Made by a program: the position numbers and the translations under genes. From the NCBI GenBank assembly GCA_047601445.1, contig JASGJH010000001.1, positions 3,936,001 to 4,000,000 on the forward strand: a stretch of DNA of 64,000 nucleotides, given 5' to 3'. This stretch comes from Myxococcales bacterium. GTDB lineage: Bacteria; Myxococcota_A; Polyangia; Polyangiales; DASUME01. Of the stretch, positions 29,429-40,274 are shown piece by piece. A model generated the notes under the pieces. That model searched no databases and was not told the origin of the DNA. It was given only the letters and a program-made list of their open reading frames with translations. Numbering within the stretch: the stretch's first letter is position 1; each line of letters opens with the position of its first letter.

Positions 29429-31104
29429 GGATTGGGCCAGCTTTCCGTTCGGGCCGAGCGAGCAGGGCGCCAAGGCGAGCGGCTCGGACGCATCTGCGTC
29501 GGGCGTGGAGCTCCTGACCCAGCTGGCGAATTCGATGTTTCGCGGTGTGGACGTGAGCGGCGCACCTGCAGGCGTCGAGCCTCTGGCGCGCAGTGCAGAG
29601 GCGGCCAGCATCCCGGAGCAGCCGGCGGTGCCCTCGGAAGCCACCCGCTTCCCCACGCGAATCATCGCAGAGCCTGCGCAGCAGGCCGAGAAGACCTCGA
29701 GCTTCTACTTCCTGGACTACGTGGGCGAAGCGCAACGTACGGCGAGCCCCTACTCCACCGCCGCGAGGCCGCCTCATGTCGAGCTGCCCGGCTTGCCGGC
29801 TTCCCCTGTGGCCCCTGATCCTCGCCTTCCCGGCACGGACTCGTGGCGTCTTCCAAACGGCCTCACTCCCCCGGGGCGGGGCCTCTTCGATCCGCTCCGC
29901 GTACGCCAGGACTTCCCGATCCTGAGCGAACAAGTCAACGGGCGCCCCCTGGTGTGGCTGGACAACGCCGCGACCACGCAGAAGCCGCGCTCGGTGATCG
30001 ACCGCGTATCCTATTTCTACGAGCACGAGAACTCCAACATCCACCGCGCCGCCCACACGTTGGCCGCCCGCTCCACGGATGCTTACGAGGGCGCGCGGGA
30101 GAAGGTCCGACGCTTCCTCAACGCCCCCTCCGCGCAAGAGATCGTTTTCACCCGTGGAACCACGGAGTCCATCAACCTGGTCGCCCAGAGCTGGGGCCGA
30201 CGCTACGTCCAAAACGGTGACGAAATCGTCATCACTTGGCTGGAGCATCATTCGAACATCGTCCCATGGCAACTCCTCTGCTCCGAGGTAGGAGCCAAAC
30301 TGCGTGTGGCGCCCGTGGACGACAGCGGCCAGGTCATCCTGTCGGAGTACCAGAAGCTGCTTGGCCCCCGCACGCGTCTGGTCTCGCTGACTCAGGTATC
30401 GAACGCACTGGGAACCGTCACCCCGGCTGCCGAGATGGTCGCCATGGCTCAACGCGTCGGCGCTCGCGTGCTGGTGGATGGCGCGCAAAGCGTCTCCCAC
30501 ATGCCTAGCGACGTTCAGCGCCTCAACTGCGATTTCTTCGTCTTTTCCGGGCACAAAGTCTTCGGACCCACCGGCATTGGCGTGCTTTACGGCAAGTCCG
30601 AGGTGCTCGAGTCGATGCCCCCGTGGCAGGGCGGCGGCAACATGATCGCCGACGTCACGTTCGAGAAGACCGTTTACCATCCCCCCCCCCATGCGCTTCG
30701 AAGCAGGCACGGGAAACATCGCCGACGCCGTGGGTCTCGGCGCCGCCCTCGACTATGTCGAGCAGCTCGGCCTACCCCACATCCAGTGCTACGAGCACGA
30801 GCTGCTGGAGTACGGGGCCGAGCGGTTGCGCGAAGTACCCGGCTTGCGACCGATCGGCACGGCGGCCGACAAGGCGGCGGTGCTCTCCTTCGTGATCGAC
30901 GGACTCCGACCGGAGCAAGTCGGCGCCGCCTTGGCCCGGGATGGAATTGCCGTTCGGGCCGGCCATCACTGCGCGCAGCCGGCCCTTCGCAGATTCGGAC
31001 TGGAGGCCACGGTGCGCCCTTCCCTGGCCTTCTACAACACGCGCGAGGATCTGGACGCACTCGTTGCATCGCTGAAACAATTGCGCACGAGCCAGTTCTT
31101 CTAG
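29415..31104 (+). CDS. sufS: Encapsulin-cargo cysteine desulfurase (SufS type) with disordered N-terminal extension; frameshift in the C10 tract 30681-30690
   Basis: LDNAATTQKP, NIHRAAH, EHHSN, PLP lysine in SGHK. C9 instead of C10 joins YHPPP to MRFEAGT...RAGHHCAQP. About 155-aa Pro/Ala-rich extension with LLTQLANSMF and FYFL. Confidence 0.93.
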
Positions 31105-31119
31105 AACCGCCATTGGCGT

Positions 31120-31135
31120 TGGCAGAGCTCTTGCT
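31120..31135 (+). promoter_or_regulatory. Sigma-54 promoter
   Basis: TGGCAGAGCTCTTGCT upstream of the XRE gene. Confidence 0.72.
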
Positions 31136-31149
31136 GAGGCGTGCAACAG

Positions 31150-31772
31150 ATGCCTCCTCCTCGGCAAGAGCTCCCAACCACGACACCTCTCGCAGCGACC
31201 CGCTCCGACGATGCTCCAGCCAGCGTGGCAGACAACCTGCGACGGCTCAGACGCCGCCGAGGGTTGTCGCTCGAGCGTTTGGCCAAGGCCTCTGGCGTGA
31301 GCCGCTCGATGCTGGGACAAATCGAGCAAGCTCGCAGCACGCCTACCGTGACGCTTCTGAGGCGAATTGCGCGCGGACTGGCGGTGCCGCTCGATGCGCT
31401 GCTCGCGGAGCCAGCTCCCTCGAACGTCGTCGAACCATCGATCTCGGTGCGCCGCTCGCAAACATTTTCGGAAGACGAGCTGATGGGTGCGCACTGGCGG
31501 ATGCTGTCGACACCCGACCTGGGAGCCCAAGTCGCCGACTTCCACGAGCTACGCATGGCGCCCGGCTTCGTCGAGCCTCAGCGTGGACTGTCGGTGGGAA
31601 CCACCAAGCACGTGGTCGTCGTCCTTGGCCACGTGTCGCTGCGTGTGGGCGACGGTCAGCAGAGCTTGGCCACGGGCGACGCCGCCAGCTTCGCGCCGAC
31701 GTACCGCACGCCTATCAAAACACGGGCCTCGAACTAGCCGTGCTCTATCAGGTGACGAGCCGAGAACGTTAG
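31150..31772 (+). CDS. XRE-family HTH-cupin transcriptional regulator; frameshift near 31693
   Basis: NLRRLRRRRGLSLERLA..SGVSRSMLGQIE; the cupin end GDAASF continues as ADVPHAYQN in another frame. Confidence 0.88.
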
Positions 31773-31883
31773 GCGGCTGCGGCATGCGCGCGTCTCCAGG
31801 TGCCCCAACGTGTGAGCGTCACCGCGTCCAGCTCGAAGTGGTCCTTGCGCTCGACCTCTCCGCGCTACACCTCACACCCGGCA

Positions 31884-34469
31884 ATGGACGAGGCTTTCCG
31901 CTCCACGTCGCTGAACCGGGCCGTATTGAGGCAAATTTTCGAAGCCTCGCCCAACCCCTACATGGTCTTGGATCGCGAGTTTCGGTACGTCGCGGCCAAT
32001 CGAGCGTACTTGAGCGCCACGGGCGCGCGCTGCGAGGACCTGCTCGGGCGGAATGTGTTCGATCTTTACCCGCACGACGAGCAGGACGAGCTCAATGAGA
32101 GCGCGCGAATCCTGAGGGCATCGTTCGAGCGTGTGCTCGCCGAGAAACGTGCCGACACCCTCGCCTTCATCCCCTATCGGGTGCCCAAGCACGGCGAGCC
32201 CGTGGAAGAGGCCGAGGTCCGCTACTGGAGCGCCACTAACATCCCTCTGCTCAATGAGGCCGGCGAGGTCAGCTTCATTCTGCAGCACACGGTAGACGTC
32301 ACCGAGCTGCATGCGTTGCAGCAGAGCTCGCGCCGCGTTTCCGTAATTCCTGAACCGAACGCCCGACAGAGCCACATGGAAGCGGGCGTCTTGCACCGCG
32401 CCCGCAGCGTCCAGGACGAGAACCTCACGCTCGAGGCCGAGCGCAAGCATCTGCGGCGCCTGCTGGAGCAGGCCCCCGGGTTCACCTGCTTCTTGCGCGG
32501 CAAGGACCACGTGTTCGAGCTCCCCAACAGCGCTTATCTGCGGTTGGTGGGGCACCGCGACATCGAGGGCAAGCCACTTCGCGAGGCACTGCCCGAGGTG
32601 GTGCATCAGGGGTTCGTACAGCTGTTGGACGAGGTGTTGCGCAGTGGAGAGCCGTACGTCGGTCGCGGCGTGCGGGTGGAACTGCAGCGCGCGGCGGGGG
32701 GCCCGCTGGTGGAGACCTACTTGGACTTCGTCTACCAGCCGATCGTGGAACCCAATGGCGCGGTGTCCGGCGTGTTCGTGCAGGGCCATGACATCACCGA
32801 GCAGCGTCGCGCCCAGCAGGAGCTCGCGCGCTACCGCGAGCACCTCGAAGAGCTCGTGCACGAGCGCACCCAGGAGCTCGAGCGCAGCGAGCAAGAGCGC
32901 AGCGAGACCGAGGCTCGCCTGCGTCAGGCCATGAAGATGGAAGCGGTGGGCAACCTCACCGGAGGTGTCGCGCACGACTTCAACAACATTCTTCAGGTCA
33001 TCGCGGGGAACCTGCGCATGCTGGAGGGCGAGCTACCGCAAACGGCGAGCGCGAATCAGCGCCTACAGACCACGCTGCGCGCCGTGCAGCGCGGCCGCAA
33101 GCTCTCGCAGCAGCTGCTGGCCTTCGCGCGCCGACAACCGCTGGCTCCTCGCGTGGTCAGCCCAGAGCGTGCCCTGGGTGGCATCGACGAACTCCTGCGG
33201 CGCACCATGGGCGAGCACATCGAGCTCGCGATCGAGACGGATCCGAATGTGTGGAACACATTCGTCGATCCGAACCAGCTGGACAACGTGCTCTTGAACC
33301 TCGCCATCAACGCGCGGGATGCCATGGGCGACTCGGGCCTTCTCACGCTGCAGGCCGACAACGTGCACGTGGACGTGGCCCAGGAGCAGGTCCGCTCGGG
33401 CGACCTCGCGGCCGGCGAATACGTTCGCATCAGCCTGTCGGACACGGGCTGCGGCATGCCTCCGGAGGTCGCCGAGCACGCCTTCGAGCCGTTCTTCACC
33501 ACCAAGCCGGAGGGCCACGGCACCGGGCTCGGGTTGAGCATGGTGTACGGCTTCGCCAAGCAGAGCGGGGGCTATGCCTCCATTCGTAGCGTCGAGGGGC
33601 AAGGCACCACGGTGGAGCTGCTGCTGCCGCGCACGTTGGCGCAAGAAGAGCCCGAGGCCGAGACCGCGCCGCAGCTCATGGAAGGTGGATCGGAGACGGT
33701 CCTGGTCGCCGAAGACGACAGAGAAGTCCGCGCGACCGCCGTCGACATGCTGCGCCAGCTCGGCTATCGCGTGCTCGAGGCGGGTGACGCCAACGCCGCA
33801 CTGTCCACGCTGGTGCGCGAACATGTCGATCTACTCTTCACCGACGTGGTGATGCCGGGTCCCCTGCGTAGCAGCGAGCTCGCCGAGCGGGCCACGCAGC
33901 TGCAGCCGGGCATCGCGGTGCTCTTTACGTCGGGCTACACGCGCGACGACATCACGCAAGAGGGTCGCCTCGATCCGGGCGTCAGCTTGCTGAGCAAGCC
34001 CTACGAACAAGTTGAGCTCGCGCTCAAGGTGCGTGCTTCCTTGCGCGCCCGCAGCATCCACGCGGTCTCCTCGAGCTCGCCCGTGCACGTGGCTCCCATG
34101 GTGAGCGAGCGCAACCGAGTGCTGCTGGTAGAGGACGACGAGGACGTGCTCGAGCTCTCCAAGCTGCAACTCGAGCGTCACGGCTACTTGGTGGAGCCGG
34201 CCCGCAGCGCCACGGAGGCCGAGCACAGCCTCAACCACCACAAGTTCGACGCTCTAGTGACCGACCTCGTGCTACCGGATACCTCGGGCCTCGAGCTCGC
34301 CCGTAATTGCGCGGAGCGCTTCTCGCGCATGGGCATCGTGCTGGCCACCGGCTACAGCGATCTCGAGCTCGAACCGGAGCTCGCCCACGCAGTAGTGCTC
34401 ACCAAGCCCTTCGAGGAGAAGGACATCGTGTCAGCGGTCACTCGCGCGCAGACGCAAGCTTCGACTTGA
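31884..34469 (+). CDS. Hybrid sensor kinase PAS-PAS-HisKA-HATPase-REC-REC
   Basis: GGVAHDFNN, NLAINARDAM, FFTTKPEGHGTGLGL, two receiver domains. Confidence 0.93.
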   Translation: MDEAFRSTSLNRAVLRQIFEASPNPYMVLDREFRYVAANRAYLSATGARCEDLLGRNVFDLYPHDEQDELNESARILRASFERVLAEKRADTLAFIPYRVPKHGEPVEEAEVRYWSATNIPLLNEAGEVSFILQHTVDVTELHALQQSSRRVSVIPEPNARQSHMEAGVLHRARSVQDENLTLEAERKHLRRLLEQAPGFTCFLRGKDHVFELPNSAYLRLVGHRDIEGKPLREALPEVVHQGFVQLLDEVLRSGEPYVGRGVRVELQRAAGGPLVETYLDFVYQPIVEPNGAVSGVFVQGHDITEQRRAQQELARYREHLEELVHERTQELERSEQERSETEARLRQAMKMEAVGNLTGGVAHDFNNILQVIAGNLRMLEGELPQTASANQRLQTTLRAVQRGRKLSQQLLAFARRQPLAPRVVSPERALGGIDELLRRTMGEHIELAIETDPNVWNTFVDPNQLDNVLLNLAINARDAMGDSGLLTLQADNVHVDVAQEQVRSGDLAAGEYVRISLSDTGCGMPPEVAEHAFEPFFTTKPEGHGTGLGLSMVYGFAKQSGGYASIRSVEGQGTTVELLLPRTLAQEEPEAETAPQLMEGGSETVLVAEDDREVRATAVDMLRQLGYRVLEAGDANAALSTLVREHVDLLFTDVVMPGPLRSSELAERATQLQPGIAVLFTSGYTRDDITQEGRLDPGVSLLSKPYEQVELALKVRASLRARSIHAVSSSSPVHVAPMVSERNRVLLVEDDEDVLELSKLQLERHGYLVEPARSATEAEHSLNHHKFDALVTDLVLPDTSGLELARNCAERFSRMGIVLATGYSDLELEPELAHAVVLTKPFEEKDIVSAVTRAQTQAST

Positions 34470-34472
34470 GGG

Positions 34473-35321
34473 TCAGTAGGGAGCTTGGCCCTGAACGTTG
34501 CCTGCGGCGCTGTAGTTGCAGACCCAGACATCGACGTTGTAGACGCCCGACTTGCAAGTGGCCACGCCGCAGCCGACCTCGACGCTCTTGCGCCAGACGA
34601 TCTGCGTGTAGTGATAGCAACCGTCGCTGTTGATGTTCGACGAGCAGGTCATGTTGCAAGAGTCCGTGGTGAGAATCTTGCCGAAGGTCCAGCACGCCTT
34701 CTCGGCCGCCCAGGCGTCCACCGCGGTCTTCGCCGTGCTGACCTGACCCGAGCCGCTCGCGCCGCGCATGGCGATGTTCTCGCCGTAACCCTTGGCCATC
34801 AACATGGCCCGCGTCCTGTGCTGAGGCCCAAGGCAGTTCTCGGCCGCCTGCTTGGTGGCCCACTCCTGCGCGTAAGCCGCGATGGTGGCGTTCCACTTCA
34901 TGGGAGGCAGCGCAGGATTGGGGTTCGGGCCAGTGGTCGCCGCGCGCACGGAGTTGTGGAGATCCGTCATGCCCACCATGCGACCCATCTCGACGTCGCC
35001 GCCAGTGGCATCTCCATCGCCGCTGGTGCCGGCGTCGTGAGGGGCGTCGCCGTCGCCGGTCGTATCGCCGTCGCCATCCCCGCGCGTATCCCCGTCACCA
35101 TCGCCATCGCCATCCCCGTCACCATCGCCATCCCCGTCACCGTCACCGTCGCCGTCTCCGTCACCATCTCCGTCGCCATCGCCATCGCCGTCGCCATCTC
35201 CATCCCCATCACCGGCCTCGGAATGCAGGCCACTGTCGAGATACGAGGGCGCAGTGTCGTCCCCGCAGCCAACGGCGATCAGGAGACACAAATAGCCCAG
35301 CGACGCGCCACGAATTTTCAT
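34473..35321 (-). CDS. CAP/SCP-domain lipoprotein with (GD)n linker
   Basis: Lipobox IAVGC; HNSVRA, GENIA, HYTQIVW, VGCG, WVCNY...GN. Confidence 0.9.
   Translation of the reverse strand: MKIRGASLGYLCLLIAVGCGDDTAPSYLDSGLHSEAGDGDGDGDGDGDGDGDGDGDGDGDGDGDGDGDGDGDGDGDGDTRGDGDGDTTGDGDAPHDAGTSGDGDATGGDVEMGRMVGMTDLHNSVRAATTGPNPNPALPPMKWNATIAAYAQEWATKQAAENCLGPQHRTRAMLMAKGYGENIAMRGASGSGQVSTAKTAVDAWAAEKACWTFGKILTTDSCNMTCSSNINSDGCYHYTQIVWRKSVEVGCGVATCKSGVYNVDVWVCNYSAAGNVQGQAPY
35088..35213 (-). repeat. Coding hexamer repeat, 21 x Gly-Asp
   Basis: GGN-GAY x21 with synonymous codon variation. Confidence 0.9.
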
Positions 35322-35569
35322 GGTGGAGGAGCCAACCCTTCTTTGACCTGAAATACAAGCATGAGTAGTAAGGGCGCAAAAATCCAACCCGCGCGGCGCG
35401 GCGAGCGCACGGAGCAAGGAATTTCCCGTCCTGATTGCATCGCTGCTTGGCAGGCCCCGAAAGGCAGCGAACGCGGGAGGCTAGCCACTCCGTGTGCGAG
35501 CTGACAATCGCGCGCGGACGTCCGCGCTGAATCGCTTGCGGACGCGGCGACTTTGGAGCCGGAGGACGT

Positions 35570-37486
35570 TCAGCGGATGCTGCCCAAGAAGTCGCGCATC
35601 TGCACGGCGAGGCGACGATCGAAACGCTCGAAGGCCGCGTTCATGTCGCCACCGATCTTGGGATCGTACTCCGCTCCCACGCCGGTCGCGCGCAAGCTCT
35701 CTGGCGCGAACACCGCGCTCTTGACGTAGTCCGCGAAGGGTCCGGAGCAGGTCTCGGCCTTGCTGAGATCGAAGGTGGTGCGAACGGCCGGAGCATGCAT
35801 GGCCGTGGGCTGATCGTCGCGCTCCACCTGCCTGCGCACCACGGCGTCGGTGGGGAAGCAGTAGGAGAGCATGTGGTCGAGCACCACGCGTCCCTGGATG
35901 GGCTCGATGACCACGTAGCGCTGCTGATCGCCGATGCGGACCGGATCGAGCGCCTCGCGGTCGACGATGAGGTACTGGGGCTTGATGTGCTCGCGCACCC
36001 AGGCTTCACCGACCCCGTGCTTGCGAGCCTCGAGGTAGGCTTTGCTCGCCACCAGCCCCTCCAGCGGGAACACGCGCACGTTGGAGGGCGCCCAGTAGCC
36101 GAGGCCGCCCGCGCGATCGCCCATGGCGATGACCATGGGTTCGCCGCGCGCGGCGAAGCGCTGGTCGTCGGCGATGTTGCGGCGGTTGTAGGAGCCCGAG
36201 GGGACGCCGCCCTGGCGCTGATTGTCGAGCATCTGGCCGGCGACCATGGCCTCGACGTAGATGGCGAAGAACACCGTGGGCAACGACGCGGCAAGCAAGG
36301 CCGCCGACTGGGCACGGCGCGGCTTGGTCCAGCGCGATTGGGACGCCACGGACTGCGCGATGCCGATCAGGCGCATCACGACCAGCACCGTCATCAGCGC
36401 GAACACGTAGAAGTACCAGGGCCACGGAATCCAGCCCGTGAAAGCCGCGAAGAAGAAGTAGTGGATGCCCAGCGCCACGGTGAGCACCCCCAGCGCGCCG
36501 TAGACGAAGCGCCCGCCCTCGAACTTGCTCCACAGCAGCTCGATGCCCAGCAGCACCAAGCCTGCGACGAACACGGGCGAACCGTGCAGCAAGTAGTAGT
36601 GAAGGATGCCCCAGTTGGAGAACAGCGGCGCGCCAAGGCGCTTGGCCACCCCGCTGATGGGCGCGGCCTCGCCGAACACGAACCAGTTGCACGCCATGTA
36701 CGCGGCGAGCGTGGTGGCGGCCGGAAGTCCGAACTTGATCAGACGCAGACTGGCGCCGCGTACGCCTTCGGCCTTGTACCAGACATAGGCGAGCGGGAGC
36801 GCATAGGCCACGAGCAGGCACACGGCATCGAGCCGGATCATCACCACGCCCGCGAATAGGAAGGACACACGACGGGCGCTCGTGGCGAGCCCTTCGTGCG
36901 CGGCGGCGCACACGGCCACCATGGCGGGCGCGAAGAGCGCGGTCTCCATGCCGCACGAGAACACGTGCGGATACACGGCGTAACCCGCGGACATGCCCGC
37001 GGCCAGTGCGATGAAGAAGGGTTCGCGGTAGCGCTTGAGGCAGTAGAGAAGCGGCAGACCGACGACCAGCGAGGTGAGTCCTTGCAGCGCCACGAACAAG
37101 CCGTGCTTGTCGAGCCGAAGGACCGCCTGCGTGGCCGCGAGAAGCGCCAGCCAAAGCGGCTGATAGCCGTTGGTCTCGCTCACGCCGTCGAAGGTGGAGT
37201 GCCCGTCGAGGCCAAGGTTGTAGGCGATCTGCAGATAGTAGTAGGCGTCGTCCATCACGAGATCGACGGTGGCCGCAGGATCGAGCGCGCGTGCGAGCCA
37301 CCACAGCGAAAGCCGGAAGCCCAGCGCGAGCACGGATGCGCCCCCGACGAACCACGCGATGGTGCTCGCACGGACGCGACCGCGCGGTGCGACGTCCGAA
37401 GTAGTGCTCGCAGGCTCGTGCAGCGGAACGGCATAGCCGCCCGTAGTTGCTTCAGCGTTAGGTGACCAGATTGCCAAGGGAACCAC
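35570..37486 (-). CDS. Polytopic membrane protein, GT-C (ArnT/PMT-like) glycosyltransferase candidate
   Basis: DDAYYY..IA.N after TM1, NGYQPLW, GMET, RLD; many TM segments. Start uncertain. Confidence 0.65.
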   Translation of the reverse strand: MVPLAIWSPNAEATTGGYAVPLHEPASTTSDVAPRGRVRASTIAWFVGGASVLALGFRLSLWWLARALDPAATVDLVMDDAYYYLQIAYNLGLDGHSTFDGVSETNGYQPLWLALLAATQAVLRLDKHGLFVALQGLTSLVVGLPLLYCLKRYREPFFIALAAGMSAGYAVYPHVFSCGMETALFAPAMVAVCAAAHEGLATSARRVSFLFAGVVMIRLDAVCLLVAYALPLAYVWYKAEGVRGASLRLIKFGLPAATTLAAYMACNWFVFGEAAPISGVAKRLGAPLFSNWGILHYYLLHGSPVFVAGLVLLGIELLWSKFEGGRFVYGALGVLTVALGIHYFFFAAFTGWIPWPWYFYVFALMTVLVVMRLIGIAQSVASQSRWTKPRRAQSAALLAASLPTVFFAIYVEAMVAGQMLDNQRQGGVPSGSYNRRNIADDQRFAARGEPMVIAMGDRAGGLGYWAPSNVRVFPLEGLVASKAYLEARKHGVGEAWVREHIKPQYLIVDREALDPVRIGDQQRYVVIEPIQGRVVLDHMLSYCFPTDAVVRRQVERDDQPTAMHAPAVRTTFDLSKAETCSGPFADYVKSAVFAPESLRATGVGAEYDPKIGGDMNAAFERFDRRLAVQMRDFLGSIR

Positions 37487-38022
37487 CCGTTGGTGCGCTA
37501 GGCAAAACTCGACCTCTCGTCGCTTGCTCAGCGACGGCGATCGGGCTCAGCTCGTTGCCCGACACTCGAGAACCGCGGTGACAAAAAAGGGAACCGAACG
37601 GCCTCGAGTGTTCCTACCCGTGAAGTGGTCGGTGGGTATGGGGGTTATTTGATAAAAAGGAATGCGAGTCTCCATACACGCGTTTTTCACCCCTTTTTGA
37701 CGGCTCGGTGTCGCAGTGATGGAAAAATGCGCCGTTGGAAATGGCCTCACGGACACGCGCTGCATGCCAGTGGCTCCGAATGTCAAAGCGTTCTTTTCCG
37801 CGGAAATGCGCTCTGTGATTTGACTGGCACCGCGCAGCGTGCTGCGTGGCGTTGCAGGTCCGTGGCCTGGCCAACCAGGGTCAGCTGACCACGACATCCT
37901 CACGCAACATGCACGCTTTGCGCAGGCAACGCCGCGCTCAGCGGCGCGGAGGCAAGCGCGAATCGCCCCGCCGAGCGGGCCAGAGGTCACCGAGACTCCG
38001 TGGGCCCCCGGCTCTCCCAGTG

Positions 38023-40023
38023 TCAGGGGACCGCAGGCTGACAGCTCACGACGACATTGACCACGTTGGCGGAGCCAATCGTCCCCGAGTCGTTGTTCAC
38101 CGAGCAGGTGCGATTGGCCGGCACCGTCAGCACGGTCACCTTGTACATGCTGCCCTTGGGGAGCGCCGTCGCGAAGTGGTACTGACCGTTGGCGCTGACC
38201 GTCAGATTGTCGCCACCGTTGTTCTGCAGCACGAGCGAGCCACCGCCCAGTCCGATGGCCACGCCTCCCACCTTGTACAGGCGGTCGGTGCAGGTGATCA
38301 CGATGTTGGTGACGTCGGCGTCGGGAGCCACACCCACGCCATTCTGCACGCTGCAGCTCTGACCGACCGGCTGATTCTTCACGGTCACGCTGTAGATGGA
38401 CCCCGTGGCGATCAAGGTCTTGAATGTGAAGGCTCCATCGACGCTGACCTGAAGCAAGTCTCCGCCATTGTTCGCCAGCACCATGCCAGCCTTGAGGCCG
38501 GTGACCGTGCCGCCGAGCTTGTGCGTATTGGACACGCAAGACACCGAGACGCCTGTCACATTGCTGGTGCCGACCTTGCCATTTCCGCTGCTGACGATGC
38601 AGGTCTGACCGGTGGGCTGATGTTGCACGGTCACGGCGTAGCTCGCTCCGCTGGCGAGTGGGGTGGCGAAGGCGAAGCTGCCATCGGCACTCAAGGTCAG
38701 GTTGTCGCCGCCGTTGTTCTGCAGCACTAGGTTGCCCGTGAGGCCCGTGACGCTACCGCCCACCGTGAAGAGGTCCTTGGCGCAGTTCACGACCACGCTG
38801 GACACGTCGGCATCGCCCACGCTGCCGGTCCCACCGCTCACGGTACAGACGGTGCCCGTGGGCTGCGTCGACACGCTCACGTTGTAGGAGGCGCCGCTCT
38901 CGAGCTTGGTGGCGAACGCGAAGCTACCGTCGGCATTCAACGTGAGATCATCGGCGCCGTTGTTCTGCAGCGTAGCGCTGCCAGACGCTGCGAGGCCCAC
39001 GAGCGTACCCCCGACCTTATAGGTAGCGGTGGTGCAAGTGACCTGGACGTTGGTCACGTTGGCGCCTGCCACCGCACCCGAACCGTTCGCCACCGTGCAG
39101 GTCTGCCCCACGGGCTGGGCGACGACCGTCACGTCGTAGGCGGTCGTCGTGGCCAATGGCGTGGAGAATGCGAAGCTGCCGTTGGCGGTCAGCGTGAGCT
39201 CGTTACCGCCGGAGTTCGCGACAATCAGCGTGCCGCCATCGAGCCCGCTCACGTTGCCGCCGATGGTAAAGAGGTCGGAGGCACAGTTGACGGTAATGCT
39301 CTGAACGTCACCCGCGCCCACGGTGCCAGTACCTCCACTGACCACGCAGTTCGAGCCCTCGGGCTGAGTCAGCACGGTCACCGCGTAGGCTGCGCCGCTC
39401 GCAGCGTGGGTCGAGAAGGCGAAGGGGCCGTCGGCGCCGACCACGAGATCGTCGCCGCCGTTGTTCTGCAGTGTGATGCTGCCACTCAGGCCCACCACGG
39501 AGCCGCCGACAGCGAAGCCGTCCGTGGTGCACACCACCGCAACGTCAGTCACGTCCGCGAAACCTACCGTGCCGGCCCCTTTCGAGACCATGCAGGTCTG
39601 ACTTGGGCTCGTAGGCTGAGTCAACACGCTGACGGCATAAGCGCCGGTGGTGTCGACCGTGGCAGGGAACTGGAAAGTCCCGTTGGCAGAGAGGGTAAGG
39701 TTGTCGCTACCGTTGTTCTGCAAGACGAGGCTGGCACCATCGGCCAACCCGGACACGCTGCCGCCGATCACATGGGGACCGGGCACTTGAGGCACCTGAC
39801 TGTCGCCCTGATTGCCTGCGTCGCCGCCCAATGCTGCATCGCCGTCTCCGCCGCCAGCGTCGTAACCGGCGTCCGCATCCAAGCGTTCGCCGCCGCCACC
39901 GCCACCGCCGCAGGCCGCCGTCGCGGTTAGGCCCGCAGCCAACAAGAGAGAGAATAGCGAAGGAAGAGCATGAGCCCCGCGCCAACCAGTGCGCCCTAGT
40001 CCGAGTTCTCCATGGGTAGTCAA
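38023..40023 (-). CDS. Surface lipoprotein of seven tandem ~82-aa beta-sandwich repeats
   Basis: TAAC lipobox-like site; 7x (GG.V.GL...LQNNG.D.L....G.F.F......Y.V.V..QP....C.V..G.G.V....V..V.V.C). Start uncertain. Confidence 0.85.
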   Translation of the reverse strand: MTTHGELGLGRTGWRGAHALPSLFSLLLAAGLTATAACGGGGGGGERLDADAGYDAGGGDGDAALGGDAGNQGDSQVPQVPGPHVIGGSVSGLADGASLVLQNNGSDNLTLSANGTFQFPATVDTTGAYAVSVLTQPTSPSQTCMVSKGAGTVGFADVTDVAVVCTTDGFAVGGSVVGLSGSITLQNNGGDDLVVGADGPFAFSTHAASGAAYAVTVLTQPEGSNCVVSGGTGTVGAGDVQSITVNCASDLFTIGGNVSGLDGGTLIVANSGGNELTLTANGSFAFSTPLATTTAYDVTVVAQPVGQTCTVANGSGAVAGANVTNVQVTCTTATYKVGGTLVGLAASGSATLQNNGADDLTLNADGSFAFATKLESGASYNVSVSTQPTGTVCTVSGGTGSVGDADVSSVVVNCAKDLFTVGGSVTGLTGNLVLQNNGGDNLTLSADGSFAFATPLASGASYAVTVQHQPTGQTCIVSSGNGKVGTSNVTGVSVSCVSNTHKLGGTVTGLKAGMVLANNGGDLLQVSVDGAFTFKTLIATGSIYSVTVKNQPVGQSCSVQNGVGVAPDADVTNIVITCTDRLYKVGGVAIGLGGGSLVLQNNGGDNLTVSANGQYHFATALPKGSMYKVTVLTVPANRTCSVNNDSGTIGSANVVNVVVSCQPAVP

Positions 40024-40274
40024 AGGTAGCCTCCTAGCCTGTTCGCAAGCGCCCGGCTCTCGGGCGTCAAACGCACCGAGCCCCTCGCTTGCTCGTTCTG
40101 GAAGCTAGAGTGGAGGGTCTGATCAGCTTGGTTGAAGCCATCGCTGCGGAGACGCACCTTGGTTTGCCGACCATTATCGAGTTGTTATCGAGAGTTCGCG
40201 CGTCGTTCGCTTCAACCTTTTCGACGCCGATTTCCACCTTACTGTCCATGGTCGTAGGTGGAGTGTCTGGCGCC

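Noticed and set aside
29373..31772. 799-aa ORF as a desulfurase with a novel C-terminal domain
   Set aside because: After the C10 tract it reads off-frame. The true C-terminus (RFEAGT, RAGHHCA) is in the 30691-31104 frame, and the ORF's last residues belong to the XRE gene.
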